Assembly (NCBI RefSeq): GCF_036321535.1 | Contig: NC_087436.1 | Location: 118,794,001 to 118,858,000 of the forward strand | DNA: 64,000 bases | Source: Camelus dromedarius | Lineage: Eukaryota | Direction: 5' to 3' | Part shown: positions 14,270 through 26,542 of the stretch, one piece after another | Layout of the letters: each line of letters opens with the position of its first letter | Numbering within the stretch: the first letter of the stretch is position 1 | The notes under the pieces: model-generated | Told to the model about the DNA's origin: nothing | Seen by the model: the letters and a program-made list of their open reading frames with translations, nothing else | The model's database searches: none | Made by a program: the position numbers and the translations under genes

Positions 14270-14990
14270 TGGCGCATGCGTAGCAGAGAGACAGGATGCA
14301 GGCGTGCAGGAGGGACTGGGCGCATGTGTGCGGGGGGCTGGGTGCGATGCGCGTGTGCGGAAGGACAGGGTCCCTGCGGGGACCGGGCAGGGGTGCCGCG
14401 CACATACCAGCCTGCGGATGTCGCGCTCGCACTCGCGCTTGATGCGGTGCACCTCGTCCTGGTGCGCCTGGTAGGCGGCGCGCAGGTCGGCGGCCTTGGT
14501 CTTGTCCGCCTGCATGCAGTTGCTGAGCGCCTCCTCCGCCTGCTTGCGCGCCGCCTTGAGCTCCAGGATCTCCTGCTGCAGCCGCAGGCGCTCGCCGTCG
14601 AAGGCCCTGCGCGCCTCTTCGCGCGCCTCGGCCAGCAGCGCCGTCTTGACCTTGTCGGCCGCGCCGTCGCGAAGCACGTTCAGCGTGGCCTGCAGCCGCT
14701 GCAGCTCGCCCTCCTTGATCTTGGCCGTGCGCGCCGCCTCCTGCTCGTGCTGGCGGATGAGCACCTCGCGCAGCGCCTGCAGCTCCTTGGTCTTCTCCTC
14801 GTGCAGCTTGGCCTTGAGCTCCGAGATGTAGGCCGTGTGCCGCCTCTGCTCCTGCTCCCGCTCCAGCTTGGCCTCCTGCAGCCGCTCGCGCAGCTTACCC
14901 ACCTGCAGCCAGAGCGGGGGAGGGAGTCCGTCAGGCTCAAGGTCAGGGTCAGGGCTGGGGGAGCCGGCCATGTCCGCTGCCGCCTCCCAT
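14270..14990. promoter_or_regulatory. Intragenic CpG-rich island over exon 3
   Basis: Visibly dense CG dinucleotides (gcgcgc, cggccgcgccgtcgcg) against a CpG-depleted background; obs/exp ratio not computed. Confidence 0.7.
14408..14902 (-). CDS. JAKMIP1: JAKMIP1 exon 3, codons 44-208
   Basis: Acceptor ctctggctgcag|GTG; VGKLRERLQEAKLEREQEQRRH...HRIKRECERDIRRL; donor CTG|gtatgt; 495 nt. Confidence 0.97.
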
Positions 14991-15265
14991 GCCCCTTCGT
15001 GTGTGACAGACCCCTGAGACCCTCCCCGGGTCCCCACACTCCAATTCCCCCTCGCGCCACCTCCATCAGCCCCACCCAGCCTCTTTCCTACTATTCTGTT
15101 GAGATCTCTCAGCAGTGGAAAAACATCTGAAGGTGTTGGAGAGGAGAGTCAGACTTCAACATCCCTTCTCACTTGGAGATTTATGAGGAAGGACGATTTA
15201 TCAGTTGCAAAATATGCCCTGCAGAAATCAGCTCTCTCACCAAAGCAAAACAATTTCTAAACTAA

Positions 15266-15331
15266 ATCACCATTATCACCATCATCATCACCACCATCAT
15301 CACCATCACCATAGTGGTCACCACCATCATC
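15266..15331. repeat. (CAT/CAC)n trinucleotide repeat
   Basis: atcaccattatcaccatcatcatcaccaccatcatcaccatcacc. Confidence 0.85.
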
Positions 15332-16354
15332 GTTTCCAGTGCCCATGCCTTGGACTCTGGAGTTAGAGGAGACGGAGCAGGTGGAGGCAGAGAGGACCAG
15401 GAGTGGAGGTGCATCGTTGTTGAGTGGCTACCCTGCCTGGGTTGGGGGCTCCGGTTCATCCTTCACCTGAACCTCTCAGCCCCAGGGAGGGAGGTACTGT
15501 TTTACTGCAATGCCCCTGACACTCAGAGATGCTCTGGTGACCTGCCTAGGGTGAGGGGCTGCCGAGGGGCTGCCAAGGGGCAGAGCCTGGCTTGCCCCTA
15601 GGTGCCTGGCCCCAGAGTTGGTGTCCTGCAGATGCAGGCTGCCAACCCCACTTGAATGGATTCATCTAATCAGCAAACAACTTAAAACATTATTTGTAAA
15701 ATATGCCAAGAGAGTGTTTCCTCAAACACTCCAAAATGCTTTATTCGATCTTTTCATTAAAAATATCACACAATTACACACTTTCCACAGGCGCCCCTTG
15801 CAGTCCATTCATTTTCTAAATGACACCAATCTCCAAAGAACTGAAACAAATCTGTTTCTCACGAACAAGCTGCTTCCGTGGAAAGTGGCAACAGACCACA
15901 CCATCTACAGCACACCAACCTGGTGAAATTAATTCTAGGTGAGGAGTTTTACAGTGTCACCTGGGCTGACAAATCCTTACTTACAACAGCGGGGAAAGAA
16001 GCAAATAAAACTGGCCAAAGACATAAGATCAATGTCTCCTGACGTCAAACACTCACAGAAATAAAACAAGGGCTGGTGGTCAGTCCTTGGGTGATGGGTC
16101 GGCCCATCTCACCTGCGTGCTGGAACTGGACTCCTTTCCTGAGGGACGGAGTGCCAGGAAGCCAGAACTTCAAATATTTAACATGGTTTCCCTGGGGAAG
16201 AACTAAAAGCTCCTGGCATCCTCTTCTGAGGAGGCAACACTGTCCTGACTTTCTGGGTTAATGCTGACAGTGATTTGAAGTCAGAAGGATGGGATCTTGT
16301 AGGATTCTGAATCAGTGCTGATGAGTGCATTTCCCTCGGCAAATTACTTAACCT

Positions 16355-16746
16355 CGAGGTGGTTAATGTTCCGTGTCGACTGGTCAGGGCCCTGGTGCCA
16401 GGTCGTTCGGCCAAACAACAATCTGGATGTTGCTGTGAAGGTATTTTTAAGGATGTTATTAACACTGAAACTAGATCTTGAGTAAAGTAGGTCACCCTCC
16501 ATAAACGTGGGTGGGCCTCACCCAGTCAGGTGAAGGCCTTAAGAGAAGAGACTGAGGTCCCCGCAACGAGGAAGGAATTCTGCCTCTGGACTGAGAGATC
16601 AGCTTTCACTAGAATTTCCAGCCTGTGGGCCCTGCAGATTTCAGATTCGTCAACCTCCATCACCATGTGACCAACGTGTTGGAAACCATGCCCCCCCATC
16701 TCTCTCCTACTGGTTCTGTTTCTCTCTGAAGAACCCTGACAATACA
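16355..16746 (+). mobile_element. ERVL solo LTR (MLT2-like) inserted in a MIR
   Basis: ggtggttaatgttccgtgtcgactgg; tctggatgttgctgtgaaggtatttt; gtgggtgggcctcacccagtcaggtgaaggcctt; tcctactggttctgtttctctctgaagaaccctgacaataca end. Confidence 0.9.
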
Positions 16747-17714
16747 GCCTCCCAGAGCTTCCTGATCCTTTCCTGTGAAGCAGGGCTATCAACAGCTGCC
16801 CCTTAAAGATTACTGGGGGAGGGAAGCTGAAAGTCGGTGAGCAGAAAAAGGGAGGTTTGGTCACAGGTAGTAAAGGAGGGAAGGTTGTGGACAGGGGGCC
16901 CAAGGTGTGTTCAGGGCAGCCTGAGAGAGGCTGGGCCTGTCCCTGGGAGGGGCAGAGGGGGCCAGCTGAGATAGGCCAGGCAACCCGGTGTGTAGGGCAG
17001 GGATGCTAACAGTGGATCGGCTGCTGAGTCCCACCAGCTCTGCCCAGAAAAGCCGAGGACTGAGCCCGGGCGCCGTGACCCAAGTGCAGCACAGCGAGGC
17101 TGGGGCAGCTCCTGGTGTGCACAGAACCCCAACCCCCTCCTTACTCCATTGAGCTGAGCAGGTCTACAAAGGTCATGTGGCATTTAACTCACCAGATGCC
17201 TCCAAGCTGCTCCCCAAGTCCAGAGGTCCAGCAAGAGAGAGGGGCCCTGCCAGCCGTGCCTTAGCTTGCAGCAAGAGCAAAATGACAGAGAAAGGGAACG
17301 CACCTAACTGGGAGGGGACTGGCGTGGGGAACTCATCAGAGCCAGCATCACCAACTGCCCCAACAGGTATAGCGAAATCAGCCTCCACTGGGCTCTTTCC
17401 ACGGCTCCTCATCCGATCCATCAGTGCTAGGTCTTTGTTTCCAGGCCTTAACCACTTGTCTCTGCTCTCTGTGACCACCCTGGTCCAAGCTGGCAGCAGC
17501 CGCCCTCTGCCAGACTACGGCAGTCACCTCCTCACTGATAATCGCCATGCTCACCTCCACCCTACTTACCCCTTAGTCCTCCTTGGCAGCCAGCACAGGC
17601 CTCAGAAAGCACACACTAGATGGCTTCCCTCCACTGCCCTTCCAATCCACGGGGTGCAGGTTAACTATTCTGAAGCCACTGTATAAGTGGAGTGTTGAAT
17701 AACTAACTATGTGG

Positions 17715-18300
17715 ATAGTGGATGGTGGGGTCAGGCTCTCACTGGAGGGAGGACACAGATCAGCAAGGGGAGGAGGCCAGAGGATCCAGGCGGTACTGGA
17801 TTAGCACTGGGGACATTAGTAAGAATACATGTTTAACTGAATATAGACACAGATGTGACATTCAGAAATATTTTAGATATGTGTATATACACAGCTTATA
17901 TACACATCCTTGCTCTGTCAGCTCAGCCTAGAAGCAAAGCCATTCCAGCAGTGTTGAGCACACCCAGTGCCCAGGTATTGGCTTCTAAACACCATTCTCC
18001 AATAAAAGGAAAGAATTCCTTACAGAAATGATTGGCTCTAGGACTGGGGCAGGCGATATACAAGATGAGCCTGGAGCATCTTACAGTGCCAGAAAGCAAG
18101 GATGTGCGCAAGAATAAATTAATAATAAATGCCACAATGATGGAACATGTCAAAAGGACCCAGGAGCCAACTGAAAGAGATCTCAGCAGCCAAAGCTAGA
18201 ACCACTGGAGCAACAAAATAAAGTAGTTTTGGGTTATAATCCGGAGTATAAAACAAGTATTCATATTGATGTAAATAAAAAAATACAAAAGAAAGCAACG
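17715..18300 (+). mobile_element. L1 3' UTR fragment (L1MD/L1MC-like)
   Basis: gagcacacccagtgcccagg, aaacaccattctccaataaaagga, ggggcaggcgatatacaagatgagcctggagcatctt, caggagccaactgaaagag. Confidence 0.8.
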
Positions 18301-18309
18301 AAAAAGGAA

Positions 18310-18830
18310 ATCCTCAAGAGCTTTGTGGCATTCAGCACACAAGCCTGTCCTCCCCAGCCCGCAGGACTGACCCCGGCTGACGGCTCTCCGGTCCTCCTCT
18401 CAGACCGCTCGGCTGGGGCCACGCCGCTACCTGCTGCACCTCAGACACACATACGCCTTCCCACCGCCAGGCCTGTTCCCGAGCTAATCCCTCTGCCTGG
18501 AACGCTCGCAGCCAGGTCTCTCTGCAGGGTCTGCCCTCCCCACTCCATTCAGCACCTCTTTGCTGCCGGCCACCCCCCAAAAGAGCCACCCCTACTCCAG
18601 CCCCACTGCTCTCCACTTGCTTCTCCTGCTTTACTTTCTTGGCACTTTTCACTACAGAATAGATATTACACGTTAATGTCCCGGCATTTGAACGCTCCCT
18701 ACTCCCCCTCTTGGCGACAAGCTCCGGGAGGAGGACTGGATCTCCAGAGCAGCACAGTTTCTGGGGCAGAGTATGGCACACAGGAGGTGCTCAATAATTA
18801 GCTGTGGACTGAGTGAAGCAAAGAATGAGA
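18310..18830 (+). mobile_element. L2 3' region
   Basis: tccctctgcctggaacgctc...ggcacacaggaggtgctcaataattagctg. Confidence 0.65.
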
Positions 18831-20002
18831 GGAGGAAGGGGCTGGCAGGTTTGTAAATAAGGAATGACAGCATCCACCACCTCAGCCATGAGCACCTGCC
18901 TTCCCCAGGGGGGCCCGGCTCCTATACGAGCTGCTCCCTCTGCCTGGTCCCTGGGCCTTCACCCTCCCTCTGTTCCCCGGGAGGGCCCAGAAGCCTTCCT
19001 CGACTGGGTCAGGGCCTCCACTGGGCTCCTGAAGCCCCACGTGATTTTCTCCATTAACCACACAGATTACACCCAAATTCCAACCCTCCTGGCCCACCCA
19101 CCAGCAGCCCGTGGAGGGCAGGATGGGACCCAACTCATTTCTGTAGCCATGCTAGTCCCTGGCCCAGTGTAGCTGCAGAGCAGCGTGGGCTGGTCACTGC
19201 AAGAACAGATGAATCCCCAGCTGGTGGGTGATGGGCAGTAGCTGGAACGCTCAGCTTAGCTTGGGCCCCTGTGCTGACCACTGCCCTCTCTGCCCCGAAA
19301 CACGCCAGACTGTGGGCCTCAACAAGTCAGGGACTCTGCCCCAGTGGCCTTGGCACCCTGATTGGCACTGAGGATGCTGTACCCTTGGGATGGTGTGAAC
19401 CCTGCTCCCTTTCTCGCTAGCTAGGGAAATCCTTCAGAGCCGGTTCCAATACCCTTCTGCAAAGCCTTCTCAGGCCCCTCTCGCATTGCATGGCTTCCTA
19501 AAATCTCTGGTGTAACATTCCAAGTACTGTCGTCTGGCTAGCTCCCTGAGCATCTGGGTCCCCAGCCTGCCTTAGTCACCTCCAAACACCCAGCCCAGGC
19601 CTGGAGCACAGGTGCAGGGGGTTCAGTGTATGTATGGATCAACCAACAGGTACCTTCCCCACATCCCCTCATTCTACAGTGTTCAACAAGGTTCCTCTGC
19701 TAAAGTAACAACACTGCAAATGCAGCATCGACCACAGATAATATGAGAGCATAATGCAACTGGAAAGTTTATGTTTCTCATACCAGCCAATAAGCACATT
19801 GCTGAATTCTCCAAGAACAGAAACTATTCCAGTGGTGACCTGGAGGAGCCCACCAGAAGGACCATGGGGTGGCTGGATTGAGAAAACGGGCAGCGAGGGC
19901 ACGTGGAGGCAGGAGGCGCTTGGGGACACGGAAGCATAGGCTGGGGTTCCCTCAGGCCTGGCTTCCAACCCCCCGTCAACACCTACAACTGTGCTGACCT
20001 GC

Positions 20003-20387
20003 TGTTATGGGCTGAATCGTGTCCCCCCTGCCCCAGATTCCTATGTGGAAGTCCCAAACCCCAGAACCTCAGAGTGTGACTGTTTGGAGAGAGAGTCTTA
20101 AAAAAGGTCATTAAGCTAAATGAGATCATGAGGGTGGGCCCTGATCCAATAAAACTGGTGCCTTTTTAACACGAGATGAGGACCACACACACACAGAGAA
20201 GACCGTGTGAGCACACAGGGAGAAGACGGCCGTCTGCAAGCCCAGCAGAGAGGCCTCAGCAGGAACCAGGCCTGCCGACACCTTGATTTCGGACTTCCAG
20301 CCTCCGGGACTGGGAGGAAATAAATCTCAGTTGTTGAAGCCCACAGGCTATGGTACTTTGTTACGGTGGCCCCAGCAAGGTGATCCT
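20003..20387 (+). mobile_element. MaLR solo LTR (MLT1A-like) nested in a MIR
   Basis: TGTTATGGGCTGAATCGTGTCCCC start; gagaagacggccgtctgcaagccc; gacaccttgatttcggacttccagcctcc. MIR halves flank it (actgtgctgacct / ggtaagttgc..cctcagtttgctcacctgtaaagtggg). Confidence 0.9.
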
Positions 20388-21399
20388 CCGGGTAAGTTGC
20401 CTCTCCTTTCCCACCCTCAGTTTGCTCACCTGTAAAGTGGGAAAAGCCACATCTGACCTCACAGGTCGCTGCAAGGGTCAGGAGGCCCTCTAAGGCACCT
20501 GGGGCAGCCCGCGCAGCAGACACATAAATGTCGGCCAACTGCGGAGTGACTGCAGGGGACGGGAGGTACCCAGGCCCTGTATGTGACTGTCTCACTCGTT
20601 CCTTAGACAACCTAGGGAGGCAGACACATTAACAGATGGGGAAACTGAGCTATAAGGCCGCTTATCTGGCTTGCCCAAAGACCTCAAGGCGAGTTAGGTA
20701 ATGGGGGGGTGTGTGGAGATGAATGATGCTGGCTGTGTGGCTTCCCCTCATAACCACAGCTGCTGTCACTACTGCCTGGTGGGCTCCTCCAGGCCCAGCT
20801 GTGCAGCTGACAACCCCAGGGGATCCTGGCAGGTGAATCCTTCCTGAGCTGGGCAAGGGGTGTAGCTGTGCTGAAAGACACTGGCTGCACTAGGCCTGGA
20901 ATTCTGAGTGTCTGGGGATAGGAGCGGGCACATCTGTCCCCAGGCTCCAAGAGTCCAGCCTTCATTGCCCCAGATAGAGGACTCGGCCTCTGCTCTCTGT
21001 GTGGTCTCTTGAGCTAGGGTCAGAGCCAAGGCCAAAAGCCCCAGCCCTCTCCCCACTGGGGAGCTGGACCCCACTCAGCACTGCAGCTGCTGCCAGAGTC
21101 CTAGCACTCACCAGACACGGGCCGCAATCCCGCGCGCAGTCCCTCCCTCCACCAGGTGCTGTGGGCAGGGCCGGAGGGCACCTGCAGGGCTCGGGGTATA
21201 ACCTCCTCCTCCCCAGCCAGGTCAGAGCCTCAGCCGGGCCATGAGGAAGCAAGCCTCCTGCACCACCCCCTTCTCTCCTCACATGGATCCTCTCTGAGCT
21301 CACAGAGCACCCACCACCCCACCTGCTTTTCCCTCAAAAGCACCCCGGTCAGAACCACACCAACAACAAGGCACCAGACGTCAACAGCCTTTTTTGGTA

Positions 21400-21560
21400 T
21401 CCATTACCTAAGATCTTTACAACAAACTTAAACTGGGCAGTTATTATAGTGCTACGTTACGGGTGAGAAAGTAGAGATTCAGAGACTTTATGTCACTGAT
21501 CCAAGATCGTGAAGCCAGTCAGGGGCCAAGGTGAGGTTTGAAGCCAGGTCTGCACGATTA
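21400..21560 (-). mobile_element. MIR SINE
   Basis: gttacgggtgagaaagtagagattcagagac...ccaagatcgtgaagccagt...tttgaagccaggtctg. Confidence 0.65.
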
Positions 21561-21949
21561 AAGGCTGGGCTCCTCTCCTGCGATTGGCTGCCCATGATGC
21601 GTGCATTTTGATTGGCACCCAACCAGGCCCTGGACTGACCAAAGCTCACACCTGCCCGCCGAAAGCAAAACCGTCCATGTACACGTACTGACGTCCTCAC
21701 TCCTGAGCGCAGGCCCATCAGGTGGTACTATCAGGATCCCGTCTTGCAGATGAGGGAGATTACATCCCCGAGGGTGAAGTGGATGGTCCAAGATCAGAAC
21801 CAGGCGGGGTGGGGGGTTCAGGACGTACCTGTATCTGTACCGCCGCTGATGTAATACCCATTTTAACGAGGGGCAGGCTGGGGCCCAGAGAGATGCAGTG
21901 CCCAAGCCCGCCCAAGCCCACCCCAGCCCCGGAACACACCGTCCACTCA

Positions 21950-22291
<342 letters not shown>

Positions 22292-23211
22292 CTGGGGGAG
22301 GAAGGAAGCCAGGTCAGCAGAGACAGGGGCTGGTGTCCCCCTGCTTGGGGCACTCAAACACAATGGCGGTCAGCATCTGCTGCGGCCCCCTCCCCAAGCC
22401 AGGCACCGCTCACTCTAAGGATGACCTAATGCTTCTCCAACGGGGGCTGCATCAGAATCGCTTGGAAGCCTGCTAAGGTGGAGTCCAGGGGCCCACACCT
22501 CGGAATCGGATTTACACGTCTCACTAGCTCCCAGGAGAGGCTGCCAGGTGACCACTCCTCACTGAGTGGCTCCGTCCAGTCCAGTCCTGCCCTCATCAAG
22601 ATGAGACTACACCACCTAAGCAACCATAGACCAGTCTGCAAACGTCCATGAGCCCAGTCACTGGGGCGCTTGTTTCAAAAGGAAGGTCCCTGGGGGAGCA
22701 CAGAGCTCAAAGCTCAGCGTGTGGGTGTGGGGGTGCTGGGGAATCTGGGTGTCCCATCTGCACACCTAGATGAGTCTGGAGCAGGGTCCAAGGACCACAC
22801 CCTGAAAACTGGGCTTTTAGACTCCATAAAGGTCAGGGTTTCCTCCCTTTTCCCCTCCCTGGGGACTAGTACAGAACGGTTCACCCTGAGCTGCTAGCTT
22901 TGGGCCCAGCAGAGGCGCCCAGGCCAGCCTGGGGGAGGAGGGAAGGCCCCTGGAGGGGTTGACAGCCAGGCACAGCATCCTGCAGTCCTTCAGGCCTCTG
23001 TGCCCGCCTGGCCAGGCCAAAGCTGGTCACCTGGCCAGTGGGGTGCCCTGATAAGCTAACGACCCCTCTAGCACCCACATTCCCCTGAGGCACCCCAGAT
23101 CTTCCATGTGGTAGGGCTGCCCTCCCACCCTGCACAGTGGCAAAGCTAACGCCATTAAAATCAGGCCCGAGTGACGGCCAGTAGCACTGTGTACTGGACG
23201 CCACAGCTCTG

Positions 23212-23857
23212 TCACCTCTTGTCAACCAGCACAACCATACGAGGCAGGTGCTGGTGCCCAGTGTTAGAGACAAGCATACTGAGGCACGCCGAGGTTAAGC
23301 ACCGGTGATGGTCACACAGCCAAAAAGAGGAAACAGTAGTACCTGGGTCAGGGCCCACAGCAGGAGGTGGTGAGCCAGGACTGAACCCAGCCCCCAGCCC
23401 CCAGCCCCCAGCCCTGAGCTCAGCTAACCCCAGGCTGCACTGCGCTGTAAGTCTGATCTGGTCCCCCTTCCCCCTTGCTCTGCCTTCTTACTGCTTTCCA
23501 TAAGACAAACGCACATTTACTTATTTCATGTCTGTTTCCCCTACACCAGGATGTGAGTTTCAAGCAAGCAGGGCCTGTGTCTGTTGAGTTCCTAGCTATG
23601 TCCCCCGTGCCTGGAACAGGGCCCAGTATGCAGGAGGCACTCTGTAAACACTGTTGAGTGAGTGTGAGAATGAGGGAATGACAACAGACAGTTACGAGGC
23701 ACCCATGAAGTGCTGAGTCCCCCAGTGAGAGCCAGGGAGTATACAATCCTTGCAGCACCTGGAGAGGTGCTTAACCTCGGCGTGCCTCAGTATGCTTGTC
23801 TCTAACACTGGGCACCAGCACCTGCCTCGTATGGTTGTGCTGGTTGACAAGAGGTGA
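23212..23857. repeat. Perfect 92-bp inverted repeat (arms 23212-23303 and 23766-23857; 462-bp spacer)
   Basis: Checked base by base: the left arm tcacctcttgtcaaccagcacaaccatacgagg...gaggcacgccgaggttaagcacc equals the reverse complement of the right arm. Confidence 0.97.
23490..23680 (+). mobile_element. L2a-like 3' end (inside the inverted-repeat spacer)
   Basis: tctgtttcccctacaccaggatgtgagtttcaagcaagcaggg...gtgcctggaacagggcccagtatgcaggaggcactctgtaaacactgttgagtg. Confidence 0.75.
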
Positions 23858-23999
23858 TGAGGAAATCGAGGTACAGAGAGGTTAAGTAAGCTACCTAAGG
23901 CCACACAGCTAGAAAGCAGTGCTGGGATTATTTGCCTTGGGAGAGGATGCAGAGTGAGGAAAACAAGAGAGAATTCCAGAGTGGAGGGGAGAAGACACA

Positions 24000-24230
24000 A
24001 AATCAGCAAGGAAAACCATAAACCAGCCTGTAAGTAGAAGGAGAAGACAGAGAACCCGGGAAGCTAAGAGAAGAAAGAGTTTCTAGAAGGAGGAAGGAGT
24101 CGACTGGGGCAGCTCCTGAGAGGTCAAGACAGACTGAAGAGCAGCCACTGGATTCAGGAACGTGGGGTCAGTGGCCTCAGTGGGAGCTGCTTTGCAGGGT
24201 GGGAGTAGGGACCCAGGCGGGGAAGTGTGG
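24000..24230 (-). mobile_element. L2 fragment
   Basis: gaagctaagagaagaaagagtttctagaaggagg...ctgagaggtcaagacagactgaag...cactggattcagg. Confidence 0.6.
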
Positions 24231-26542
24231 GACAGGGAGCAGGGCAGGGTTTGGTCAACGCCAGCACATCCGATGAGCTGCAAGCATGCAAGGGCCATGA
24301 ACTTAAGTCCAGCGTGACCTGCTAGCCCTGGGGATGTCTGTCCGACTAGAAATTTGGGAAGGCAATAATGAAAGCCAGTAACACTCCTCTGGAACAGGAG
24401 AGAATGCAGTTTCTCTGCCCGCCATGAAGGATTATTCAGGGGCAATCAACATCCCCATCGATCAATTCCAGCAAGGTGCATTCCATCTTCAGAGAAGTCT
24501 GAACTCCATTTGCTTGGATTTGACTGATTAGAGCACAATTCAGAATTCATTCCTCTCTCTTCTGACCTGCCTGCTTTTACAGCAGCAGCCGTTCTCAGAA
24601 ATCAGCCCCGGCCTCTGTATAAACGCTCGGATGTTCTCTCAACAACAAATGCTCGGCCCGAAGGGACGGGTTAAGTAAATCGCGTCAAAGCCGTGGCAGC
24701 AAACTCCACGTGGAGAAGAAAAGGCAGAGTCAAAGCACAAACATGATTTGTGAGCTCAGTTTTCTGAACTCCCTTTGTTCCCCCTTTTCATTTGGTCACA
24801 ACGTTTTGAGCACCTGCTGGGGACACAGAGGTGAGGACAAGGTCCCCTCGCCTCTCAGATGTTAGCAGGGGCCTGAGTGGTACAGCCAACCACAGGTGAT
24901 ACTTATTTTCCTCTTTATACTCTTTCAGGTAAATCAAGTTTTCTATTTCTATCACTGCTTTACAGAAAAAAAAAATGCCATTTTTCTTAAAGGAAGGTGA
25001 GTGAGCAAGTTTCAGAAAAACACCTGGCTCTAGCTGGGAAAGAGATGAGAAAGAAGCTATTGTGGCCAGCTGCCCCTCCAGGCACAGACGCAGCTCCAGC
25101 TCCCCGACTGTCTCTGGGCTGCCTGTAAGGGAAAGATGCTTCTCCGAGAGAAAAGGTCACGGGCCACGCCCCCAGGACACAGCTGACCGTCCTGCAGGAC
25201 GCCCTTGTCACCCCATCAAAGGGCCATCCTTCAGAGTGAGGCAGACCTGGGGTTGAATCTCAGCTCACACTTCCTCACCTGGGTGGTCCTGGGCAAGTCA
25301 CTGAACTTCTTCTCTAGGACTCAGTTTTTACATCTGTTTAATGGGACCCACAGCACTGACTTCATAGGGCCTGGAATTCAAAGTGCTTTGCAAGGTGCCT
25401 GGCCCAATGAAGACACTCGCCAAACAAAACAAAGCTGAGTTTATTAGGAGGAGCAATGCCAGCCTCCAATTATCTTCAAGAAGGTCAAGGTGACCCGTGC
25501 TGGGCCTGGGTACCACTGGAAGCCATGGTATCAGGGCACAGCCCACTTGGCATCACACTGTCACAGTTTCTCAGCGGCCTGAGAATAACCTGCAGGCCCG
25601 TTTCCTTCCCTGGCAGCCCCTCCCATGGTTGCTGAAGACGCTTAGGAGGAGAGGGTATCAGATGAGGTGCTGGGCCTCAAGGACGTAAAGCACCTGCCCG
25701 AGGCAGCACAGCAGGCTGGATACAGGCAGCGGACGGACCACTCCTCAGTGAGGCCCTGGGATGGCGACCAGCCACAGCCAGGATGAGGAATGGGAGGAAT
25801 GGGAGCGGAAACCCAGGAATGTTCGGGGGGCCATGAGAGCAGTGGCTGGCAAAGCCTCGGGGGCCAGTCCCAGACTCCGCATTTCTATCAGACCCCCTGG
25901 ACCAGCTGGACCCAAGGCCCCTTTGGCCAGGCTTTTTGGGAAGGTACCCAAAGTTCTGGGCCAAGTCAAACTTGGCCTCCTCACCAGGGGCACACCCACG
26001 GCCGATTCGGCCCGAGGCTCAGAGGCCACATAGCTTCCCTACCATCAGCCTCTGACCTCTGCACAGGCCCCGCCCATGGGAACAACAGCAGGCCACTCTC
26101 CTACCTGAGATGAGCTTGGCGGCCGTTCTGTGCTGGGGCTTTTTGTTTAGAGCTCACGGTGGCCCCCTAAGCCCGTGGTACAGCCCAGTGTTGACAAAGT
26201 AGCCCCACAGTCTCAGCAAGGAGATGCCGCTGCTCGGCGCCCCAGCGGGAGGGGGAGTCAGAGCCCAGAAGGAGCGCCCCAGAGTAACACTCAGCACTGG
26301 CCCCGTGCTAGCTCTGGGGTGCAACGGAGGACCAGGCAAGGTCCCGGCCACCATGGAACTTTCTAGCCAGGGAGACAAATATGGAAATGAATACATAAAA
26401 TAACTGGATCATGATTGGCGCTGTAAAGAAATAGTAAACAGGGTATTTGAAATTCTATCGAATATCACCCAAATAATCAATGCAGGGAGATAAGTGGAAG
26501 AAACTGCTAGACCACATGGGGCCTGCAGACCATGGACAGAGT

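Noticed and set aside
14003..15037. 344-aa minus-strand ORF as a single-exon gene
   Set aside because: Only 14408-14902 is JAKMIP1-like and bounded by splice sites; the flanks are intronic read-through.
14201..15130. 309-aa + strand ORF opposite exon 3
   Set aside because: Antisense shadow of a GC-rich coding exon (few stops on the opposite strand); no independent protein features.
23212..23857. Inverted repeat interpreted as the TIRs of a DNA transposon/MITE
   Set aside because: The arms are MIR-derived, the left arm is continuous with its MIR on the inner side, the spacer is ordinary MIR/L2 sequence, and no TSD flanks the unit.
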